A DNA stretch of 64,000 nt from Ostrea edulis (lineage: Eukaryota): the NCBI RefSeq assembly GCF_947568905.1, contig NC_079167.1:83204001-83268000 (forward strand), written 5' to 3'. Made by a program: the position numbers and the translations under genes. The notes under the pieces are model-generated. The model saw nothing but the letters and a program-made list of their open reading frames with translations. It was not told the DNA's origin and did no database searches. This document shows, one piece after another, positions 24,513-35,400 of this stretch. Position 1 is the stretch's first letter. Every line of letters starts with the position of its first letter.

Positions 24513-27500
24513 CTACTTCTTCTCTTTAATTGTGAATGCTGATATATTAAAGTGATCACACATTTCTTGAACCTGAAAGAAAAGAGTAAGTAGGAAAGTT
24601 TTACTACCTACAGTAACAAGATTTCACTTACTCTTGGGAGAAGGGTTTACCTTTTTCTAGTGACATAGTTTTATTTACTCTAGGGGCAATGTTTTACTCA
24701 CAATATGAACTCCAAAGTGCAGATGAGCAGCAGTAACTAAGCAGCAGTAAGCCCATAGTAGGTACACCTCCAGTTGTCCTAGTGACAGGAGTGAGGATGC
24801 AGTTACTATGGTAACCAGGGGTAGGAGGAGCCAGTTGATGAGTTCACAGCGAGTGTCGCTCATTTGACTGATGATCAGACGACACTGAAAGGACAAAAAT
24901 CAATCATGAAGTACCTGGCTCCAATTTCAGGTCTCAAAATAATTGATGGTCTTGGGACTGTAGAGTATAGATTTGGGCTAGTGCTTTGTAAAAGAGCATG
25001 TGCCCTTAATACCTCTTTTGAATGATATAAAAATTCCTCAACAATTGGGCTAGTAAATTAGATGTGTGTGTCCAGGTTTTTATCTGATGCACAATAAGTT
25101 ATTAACTTCACTTTTGTTGACTGATGACAAAACGCACTGTACTATACAGTTACAAATTTCCATGGATTCTAACCTGTGGTTTTTAACTAAGCACTTACTG
25201 CAATGTTGGAGAAAGCTGTGCCGGTTGTCCAGTAGAAGAGACGAGGCTGCTGTTCCATTACTTGACAGCTGGACACTCGCGCCCAGAAGAACAACAGAAA
25301 GAACAATATAAATGTGGAAATAAGAGGGCGTATCATCTCCCACGGACCGTACAGCTTACCCGACTTGTCCCGGTACGACCTACAGTTAATAGTTTACTTC
25401 ATTAATTTCACCAACATTAATTTATTACATTAAAAGTACATAGAGTGTGATTTGTACTAATGCTTCACTAAATATAAAAAAAATACTGTCTCACAAACAT
25501 TTACAACTTCCTTGCATACAGTGTATTGGGTAATTTTGGTGCATAGGAAATGTTGGGTTTTTTTGTAGATGAGGAAAATTCGCCAAAAATGGAAATGCTA
25601 ATACACGTATTTCTATATGTATATCCAAATAAGTGATACATTTAATAAAAGAAAATGCACCAAAAAATGAAGTGTTATTTCATACTATCTCATTTTTAGA
25701 CAAATTTGCTATAAAACATTCCTGATGCCAAACTTACCCAATACGGTGTATTTGTCAGTCATATATACACCTAATGTACACACGCTGATTCTAATAATCT
25801 TACTTACTTGTATATATTCCAAAACGTAGCAGGAAATGTCAAGACGAAGAACCCCACTGTAAAAAGAAACCAAGATTAAAGGGTTTCCATGGAAACATCA
25901 GGCAGTGGCTGGGACATGGAAATTTTGTTCTCATCAAATTAATCATTATTCATTGGTCTCGGATAACATATACACATTTATAGCTGCAGAACTAGGGCTC
26001 TCTGGGGAAAAATTGGAGATATCACCCCCCCCCCCCCACACACACACACACAACAGATCTGCAGCTAATACAAGTACTGTTAAATAATATACTGCTAGGT
26101 TTGTAATTTTTTATACTGTACTGGGTGGTGTATAAAACTTTCTACATAATGCATTATAATGAGAGGATAACTCTGGTTGATGCTAAAAAGTTTAGAAGTC
26201 ATTACAGTTCTTGCACTTGCAATACATGTTAATGAAACAAATACAGGGAGTGGGGTGGGAAAATGAGTGTGAAGTTTTACACCAAATGCCACCTGTGCTT
26301 TACAGCCACTCTCACATGCATTGTAAAACCTCTGTCTGAATTTTAATGGACAGTCTCTAATTTGAATAATAGCCCAATAAATCTATCCCCTTGATGATTT
26401 CGTAACATGTCAGTACACTTGAATATACATGTATGTACTATACACATCCTCAATAGTTCTAAATTACCCATATCCCACAAATGTAATTATCATACACATC
26501 CGCACAGTTCTAAATTACCCATGCCCCACAAATTTCTAACCAAAATGAATTATATACAATTCATAATATGTGCCAAGGTCCAGAAATCAAATCCACAGAA
26601 TGTCATTCCCCACAAACCGGTAATATCTTGGCATTCAATTAAAGCTGGCCCCTCTGAATTTAAATGATTCCATAGAATATACAGTCGACGCTGATGACAA
26701 CAGAAAGTCTGAGACAGATGACCACAGACAGATGACAACAGACAGATGACCACAGACAGATGATCACAGACAGATGATGGGCACTAAATAATGGTAACAG
26801 CTCACATTGACCTCCAGTCAGGTAAACTAATAAAAGGAGGTAATACTGAATTCAAATCTTAAGATTTAGAAACAAACATTGCAGCAAGATGGTGCATTTG
26901 GACATTATGTCTTTCCATAACATTTCAAACAAGAGGCCTATGGGTCACATCGCTCACCTGAGTCACCTTGGCTCATATTTAAAGATTTTTCCCATATATT
27001 CGCATGAAAAATACTTTGATCCCTATTGTGACCCTAACTTACTCCCGAGGGCCATGATTTTTTCAAAAAAATTGAATCTGGACTATGTCAGGAAGCTTTC
27101 ATGTGAATGTAAAGTTTTCTGGCCCAGTGATTTTTCAGAAGATTTTTAATGATTTTCCCTATGTATTTGTATGTAAACTTTGATCCCCTCTTGTTGCCTC
27201 ATCTTACACCCGGGGATCATGATTTTAACAAACTTGAATCTGCACTAAGTCAGAAAGCTTTCATGTAAATTTCCACTTTCCTGGCCAAGTAGTTTTTGTT
27301 GAGAAGATTTTTAAATGACCCCACCAAATTTTTGCATTTTTGTGATTATCTCCCCTTTGAAGGAGACATGGTCCTTCATTTGAACAAACTTGAAAGCCCT
27401 TCACCCAAGAATGCTTTTGGCTAAGTTTGATTATAATTGGCCCTGTGGTTCTGGAGAAGAAGTTGAAAATGTAAAAAGTTTACAGACGGACAAATAGACA

Positions 27501-30500
27501 CACGGACAGATGATGGACAACAGGCTATCAGAAAAGCTCACTTGAGCTAAAAACTAACAGCAAAATCTGAGGGTCCCTTAAGCAGACTTTATACCGATCT
27601 TGTCCTTAAGCAGACTTTATACCGATCATGTCCTTAAGCAGACTTTATACCGATCATGTTCTTAAGCAGACTTTATTCCGATCATGTCCTTAAGCAGACT
27701 TTATACCGATCATGTCCTTAAGCAGACTTTATACCGATCATGTCCATTTTAATCTGAGTCCTATACATACAACTTACCATACATACAGATTTCTATGACC
27801 TCCGAGAAGTAAAGGTCTATCACCGGGAATTTAAATTTCCACATTTCATGACCCCCAACAAAGGTCAATAGGTACACAGCTGTCATGGCCTGTTAATATA
27901 ATAATAGGATTAAAACACACAAACACTTCAGTATATCAAAATGTTCAATTTATTTTTACAGGAAATCCTAAAAAATCTCATTTATCCAAAAAAGCCAAGG
28001 TGTCTCATGAAAATTCAATTTTACACAAAACATTTCTCAGAAGTTTCAATCTGATCCAAGCTGAAATTAAACTGTAGCAAAAATTGCATTCACAAAATCA
28101 CAATGCCTTAGTCCATCATTAATATAATGCAGAAAATTCTACAAACTGATTTTATCCAAGAACAATTGTATTGCACAACTACACTTGGAGGTTTTATATA
28201 AGGAAAGGGGTGAGTACCGGTACTAGACAATATCAATGGACCTTACAAAATAAAATTTTACTGGAGATATAGATCTGACTTTTGTTAAACCCATTCTACA
28301 AATCACATAACATGATTCTTTATAAAGAAATTTATCCTCCTTGGCTGGGAATTAAATTTAGTTACCGGTAATATGATTTTCATGAATTAAAGGACACTTC
28401 ATACAAAAAAATGAATGCATGGGTTGATATATTATTTTTTGGTTTGGTTTGGTTGTAACAAGTTCAATAAAAAATAATGGACTTAAAATTTTTTATACGA
28501 TGTTCGAAAGTTGAAACATAATACCCCTCCCTATATAACTGCAGGGTTTCCTCATGTCTGTAAGTCCGAGACTGGTAAAAAATTACGTCGGACTAGTAAA
28601 CTCTCTATGGCACTAGTCCGTATAGACAAATGAAAATCCTGATATCAATCTTGAATTGCTTAAGTTTTTAGCAAATTTGTGTAAGTCTCTTAGATGTTTG
28701 AACTTATGGTCGATTACCTGCGTAGTTAAGTGTTTGCATGACAATGACATGCTGACCTTTAAAACATGTGGACGTTTATAAAAGGAGTTACAAATAAAAT
28801 GAATTCATGGGATCTATATATGATATACTGGACAGACTAAAGAAATGCTTTGCAGACTAGTGAACAGCAATAGTCACTAATCTGTATGGACTAGTGCTTG
28901 AAAAAATTAATTTTAAACCCTGTAACTCTTTATAAATTTTCTCCATTGTTTTGGACTTAATTGAGAATCATGGGAATAAAATATATTCCATTTAGTAAAC
29001 TATTCATCTTACTTCCAAAACATTACTTTAATTTTCATCAATTTTGAAAAAAAAGTGTTTGTAGCAATTGCTGTTACCATTTGACTAGGATCATAGCCTT
29101 TTCATTTCATAATTTTATTTTCAAAAAGTTTGTAGCAATTGCTGTTAATGCTTTGTGATTAAAAACATTACCAGTTGACTGAGATCATAACCCCAGGGTA
29201 GAAATAAGATTTTGGTGTTGTATTTCTCCCAGTGAGATAGGATGAAGCACAGCATGACTCCAGTAACAATGATGTAAACCCTGAACACTCCCACACCATA
29301 CTCCCCACGGCCAAAAATAGAGTACAGGGCCACTGGGAGGAACAATGTGGCCCAGCTGTCCAGTCCGTGGTCAAACAACTCCCCCAGGGGCGAGCTGGAG
29401 CCTGTTCTCCTGGCCTGCTTCCCATCAATGCCATCTGTAAAAAGAAAGAGGGTGCAAGTTTGAAAAGGCCAGAAAATTCAACAAAACTATGATGAGAATA
29501 TTTTTGTGATTTATAATTATATATCGATATGCCAAAGATAAATATCAAATCTACAAAAAACTTGCATCGTTTAAATTCACATAAGGAAAGAACTAGGGCT
29601 GAAACGATTCACCAAATTATTGATACAATTCAATATAAACGCTCGATTCAATGTTCAATTCATTGCCTCCATCTTCAGTTTGATAGTTTTTTAAAATTGG
29701 GTTTGGTAAAATATAGGGCTTGACCTGTACTTACCGGGTATCATTTTTAATATGCACGAGGGACAAAATGGTCAGACTATTGTTAGCCTTCAGTCTGACA
29801 AAAACAATAATGACCTTAATCAGTTTAAACTACAGAGCCAGCAGTTCAGAAACAGTTTACTTTTGAAATTCTGAATATTGATGTTTGTAATTAAATTTTT
29901 CTTCAAAGTTATCAATGGTTTCTTCTGTAAAATGTATTGTGTTGAAAATATTGCAGAAGTATATTGTATAAACATAAATATTGAAATACGTATCGTATCG
30001 TGAAGAGGGTGTATCGTTTCAGCCCTAGAACACAAATCCAATCAAGACACACATCTACTCTCTACTGGTAATATAAACCTGCTATGTTACCTAATGTGTG
30101 TGACATGAAGTTATTGAAAGCACAGACGAGCCACACCCAGTTTGGAATAGGTGCAATTTCTGGATGGTCTCCACTGACAGAAAAGAAATGTGGATCGTAG
30201 TAGGTCAGGAGGGCAAAGTTCACCAACAGCTGGATAAACCCTGTCAGTGTTAATACATTTGGTGCAATCCATTTTGGCACAAACTGCAAGAAATCAAAAC
30301 AGCACATTACTCCGTGTACATCATTAGAAATAAAATCAATGGAACATACTAGTGACTACATCACAAAATACACTAGTATTTGGAGAACTTAGATAGTTTT
30401 CCTGTCTTTTCATGTTACATATCTCCATTTTATTCAATGTAAATACTTAAGAATTGAACAGCACTTTTGAGCTGTTCATGGTCAATATGAACGGATTTGG

Positions 30501-32235
30501 ATTTGAGACAAATTACGTGAATCCACGTAAGTTCACAATCTTAATCTTAATCCAAGGTGTGACTTTGCGAAATTTTTGTATTTTTTCAAATCATTAAGCT
30601 CTCTCAGTCACATGCTTTAAACTAGTTCATAATCCGTTCATAGTCAATATGACGGATTGTGTCGCATGCTGAAATTAGTTAGTTCATAGAGGAAAATGCA
30701 ATTTGTAACATAAATATAAGTAAATGAAATAAGTAACACAGCATACTTACCTCAACTACCCAGTTCCAGAAAGGGTGTGTTATGTACTTGCTTACAGGAC
30801 TAGTATCAACTGCACTGTACTGAAATTAATTTACAAGTCCATTGAGTTCATATTTTACATTCAATATATTCTCTCCTTATCAACTCTGTTGTCGATTTTC
30901 AAATTCATATGTCAAGAATGCATAAAGCAGTTGGAAGTACTTAGCATAATGTCAAAGTCTAATCTAAGTAGGTCACACATTGACTGCCAAATCACTAAAA
31001 ACAATTATTTCTGTATCAATTTTCAATAATCTTACTGTCATTCTTAAGCAATGAATATAAACAAACTGTTAAAAAAAGAAACAAATTTAAGACTTTTCCA
31101 ACAATAAAAAAATTTCTCTTAATCAAAGGGCACCTGTCTTTACTCTCCCATCTAGTGTTCTCACTTTAAGTAACATAGTTGTATAACCTTAAAATGTGTT
31201 ACTCGGTCAATTTAGTGGGTGTGAATGTAAATATAAACAAAGAGAAGTGTTTTTGTTATCATTATTGAGGGAGATAACAGTCACCTGTATTGTAAGAAGC
31301 TGCATGACTCGTTTATGCACATCATTTAATTTCCCTGCAATGCTGGTGACCATATCATATCCCCAGTAATGACAATAAAATCACACTTCATTGTTTAAAT
31401 GATATTACTGTTGTTCTTATATATAGTCATGACTTTCTGTGATGGTCAGACGGGTTTGATTGCTGGTGGTCAGATAGCTCAGTTGGTTGAGCACCTGGCT
31501 AGAGATTCAGGGGACCCTGATCTGGTCCATTGCAGTTTCTTCCTTCCTGTTACATCATCAATCCTGCCCTCCTTTATTTCCTATCAATGCCTTCGATAAT
31601 GTTAGCAAATGACATAAATGGTTAAAAGAGAGCTTTCAAAATGTTTATGCCTGTATATTTCATTTCTAATACCTGACCTACAGACGTCCATTCTCTTAGA
31701 GTCCTAGACCTGATACCGTGCTGTGTGTCGCACATAAAAAAATCAAGTGTATGTAATAGTCTTTAATAATATCGACATCAACTGTTCTATTAAAAGACTT
31801 TCTAGATAAATATCCCTAACTGAAACATTATACTATATCAAATAAAGATATAAAACAAGCTCTCAGAAGGCTATTTCGACATATCCTGCTAAGAACTTAG
31901 AACTCATTAGGATGAATGCTGTATGTAGCGCCCCCACTGATTCATTTTTTTCTTCAAAAATTGAAATTTCCTCCCAAGATCGTTATCCTACTGCCCTGTT
32001 AGATTGTAACGTTATCCATAACCAGTCGATGCTTGTTTCAATAAGAGACATCACACACACTGCATAAATAATGTTATGTCCGATTCAATACGGGGAAGTG
32101 AGGTGCATTGCGGCTCATTACTTACAGATTTCGGTGTTTTCATAAAACGTTAATAATATTCTCAAACTTTATATCTACCTTGTATTTGTCAAATCCAGAT
32201 AAAACTTCTGGAGAGAGGTATTTGTATGTTGTCAT
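24513..32235 (-). CDS. SELENOI: Ethanolaminephosphotransferase 1 (SELENOI orthologue without selenocysteine), 388 aa
   Basis: Complement of exons 32179-32235, 30751-30819, 30091-30283, 29172-29434, 27778-27889, 25808-25856, 25199-25379, 24702-24884 and 24513-24572 (1167 nt, phases consistent). [19 protein letters not shown] start, CDP-alcohol motif [43 protein letters not shown]; ends FTIKEKK*(TAG). Confidence 0.93.
26928..27553 (+). mobile_element. Helentron-associated (HINE/Pearl-like) element
   Basis: aacaagaggcctatgggtcacatcgctcacctgag start, two core repeats, ACRG microsatellite, agctcacttgagctaaaaa end. Confidence 0.85.
27578..27745. repeat. ~28-bp minisatellite next to a SELENOI donor
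   Basis: ccttaagcagactttataccgatcatgt units, about 6 copies. Confidence 0.9.
28542..28922. mobile_element. hAT-like MITE (CAGGGTTT termini, internal GGACTAG motifs)
   Basis: cagggtttc ... aaaccctg; repeated actagtcc/ggactagt; no clean 8-bp TSD. Confidence 0.5.
29594..30027. mobile_element. MITE with a perfect 15-bp TIR (TAGGGCTGAAACGAT)
   Basis: tagggctgaaacgat ... atcgtttcagcccta, flanked by gaac on both sides. Confidence 0.8.
31438..31554 (+). mobile_element. tRNA-derived element, possibly a solo LTR of a Helenus-like TRIM
   Basis: TGT...ACA ends, A box tagctcagttgg, anticodon-like arm cctggctagagattcagg, degenerate B box. Confidence 0.45.
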
Positions 32236-32476
32236 GCTGCTCGGTTCAAGTCCATTCTCAAAATGAAAGAAGAAAGATCCTCATTGGCCAATTGGTATAT
32301 TTTCACCAATCAAAAGTGTCGTACCTAAATCTCAACATCGTCTGCATTGTTCCTTCGGAAGCTTTCGGAGTTTATAAGAAAACTGCCTGCGGACATATCT
32401 ACAGTGTACCTTCACGTTGCTGAACTTTTATCTTGTATAAAGTGTACTTTGTCAAAAATCTGAAGTCCAGGTTACA
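32236..32476. promoter_or_regulatory. Bidirectional promoter between SELENOI and ENDOU
   Basis: Divergent ATGs at 32235 (-) and 32477 (+). Clustered CCAAT boxes at 32283-32310 and an ETS-like ttcggaag near 32355. Confidence 0.7.
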
Positions 32477-35400
32477 ATGGCAAAACAAAGAGGGTAATGT
32501 ATATTACTTACGACAGAATTGATTGTGTATCAGGGCAATGTACAGTTAGTTTAGGTCAGTAGGTGGGCGTGGCCGCATGGCATATGTAACGAGAGAGAGA
32601 GAGAGAATTAAACATGAAGAACTACATTCAGTTCTGGCCATGAGTCAATATGTCAGTCAAAATATCATAACCAGGCTGATATCATAAGTAGGTAAATTCT
32701 ATTTAGAGTCGATATTCGTATGTATCTATGTGCAGTGTATTTCAATTTTAATTAAATTAAGCTCATTTAATAATATAAACCGACTATGTATTTACCAGTG
32801 ACGGATCCAAAAATTTCTGAATGGGGGAGGGGGCACAGTAAAAGGCTAGAGGCCTGGGAGCTGTCTTGAAGTCCAATTTGGTCCAGGGTGAAACCCTAGT
32901 GAAACCCATTGAGACAAATCTACATGTTATACCGAGTTCTAACAAAAATAGTACTATATGATTTGGACATGAATTGTAATTCATGATTTATGAGTGTGAG
33001 GGGGTGGGGTGCTGCATGCTGATGCTGGATCCACCACTGTTTACAAATTTCAAAAATATCATTTGTTGTGAATCTGTCTCGATAAACGTGTAACATACAT
33101 GTTGATAATACGTGAAGGCTGTACTTGTCCTACAATAATACGTGAAGGCTGTACTTGTCCTACATCAGACTATTCTTTTTTTTCCTTTATATATATTTTA
33201 ATTTTTGTTCTCATATCATGTATACAATTGACATAGCAAAAACACAGTAGTTGACAATGTATGGGATTTTAGAGAGTTTTTAGAAGACAACTTATTCCAC
33301 CTTTTCCAATTGTATATCAAACTTTTTCCTTTTCACATGTTTTACCATTGATTTCATTTGATTGATATGAATTAAATTTTTGTGTTTCATGAAAACTTTT
33401 CATTTACATACTCAAGGGCTTCCCAGTACATTTTGCTTTATACACATAGTACTTAAGCCATAAAACAACTGTTTTATCCCCATTATTTTCTATAAAACCG
33501 AAGATAAAGTATTTCCTGGTCATAGCTATAACTGTGGATCAGTCTTATCTTCCAGAAAATGTTCAAATTCTGGAAGGAATAATTGTAAAATGTTTAATGT
33601 CTTGGACATGAGCCAGGTAAACATAGGAAGGAAGGGAGATAACTTTGAACATTATCATACGAATATGATGTCAGTCCTGATCAGAGAGGGAGATTAAGTC
33701 AAGAGCTGGGGCATGATGTGACGGAAGGTGAACGTACTGACCTACAAATTATAGATTGCATTTGATTTTGCTGATTGATAAAAAAATTAAGTGATTAAAA
33801 ACTGCTGAGTTTCAAATTCATGATATATTAGGCATACTTAAAGAGTTGCTTAAAAATCATTCAGAAACTCTTAATTCCTATGTATTTTTTTAATCACTTC
33901 AATTAAAAAAAAATACTTGGTTTCCTCATATCTATCACTGTGACACAGATCCCTCTTAGAACCTGTACATGCTACAGCAACCAAACACTGTTGAGTAGGT
34001 AGTGATCCCCCTGTGTATGTTACTACTAAGGTCAATTTTTATCTCATTTCTTTATATTTTCTACCAAATTTAAAGAGCTGTTGTGGAATCTTAAACCATT
34101 GCATCAACAGCAACGAGCAGTCTTATTCCCCCCCCCCCCCCCCCCCCCCCCCCCCATTTTTTAAAAATTCACTTTAAATGGTCAAAATCTATAGTCTAAT
34201 ATGTTAAGAAGGTTTCACAAAAAAAATTAAGGTTATTCGTCATGACAGAAGCTCACTATAGAGAGTTTATTATTTGTTTTGAAAACAAAGATTAAGGTGT
34301 GTTATTGTTTACGAAGTTTTCAAAATAAATGGATATTGACCCAAGTTTATTATATATGCATCACAAGAATACATTAGGTAAAATGTGTCATTTAAAAGTT
34401 AAAATTTGTGAGGGTACAAAATGAAGATCATGCTTTTAAATTACAAAATTAATGTTTTACTAGTTTGTTTACATAAAAAAGACTTGTTTACATAAAAAAG
34501 ACTCAAGTCTTTGTTTACATAACACAGAATCAAAGCTAAAATATTGCTCTTATTCTTGCATTCAGACAGTCCAAATTTTGGTTGTCAACATCAAATGAGT
34601 TATATTTTTAATTTTTAAGAACAACAAAAATGAAAAAGATTTCTTTCAAAAAATGTGAACCAGTCCCTGACAATATTTAGGAAATGTGAAATTTGTTTGA
34701 ATATTGTTGATGTTCATTATATAATCACATTATTTAGTTAGATCAGTTGTATCACATGAACTTTTGTACCAGAGTACCAGGTTTAACCCTCAGCAGAGAT
34801 ATTAGACATTGGTGTATATTTGTTGCAGATTTCATCCTGATCCCGAACTGACAGAGATTCTGGGAAGACTTTGGGAACTGGACAAAAACAAATGTTTTTC
34901 TGGCTATGATTTTGATATTGATCTTCAAGGTTAGTTATGGTTCCATAGATTGTAAGAAAGGGAGAAAACTTTAAAGATATTAAATATTGTTGTAATTACA
35001 TTATAGTAGAACATATCACCAGCTTGTTGCTGTTACTCTATAAAACTATGATAGCTCATTCAGTTAAGAAATAAAATCTTGATAATTTATTGAAACTGCC
35101 ATCATCTTGAGCTAAGTTTTTCCATATTGTCTATATGCCATGAAATTTTGCTGGTATACATGAATGTCTGACAGAAAATTGAAATTTGAATCCTCAAATT
35201 TTCTGTTAACTTATTTATTATACTGTTACTATCTAATTTAGCGGATAGTCATTGAAAATCCTTCTTTATTTCTGTTGCCAGGATATGTGACAAGTGGCAA
35301 AGAGCTACAGAGAGACAGAGCGAGATACACACTGTTTGCCTGGGTCGATGAAGAAAATGTGTTTGAAAGAAAAACCTACAAAAGTATGTACAAATATATT

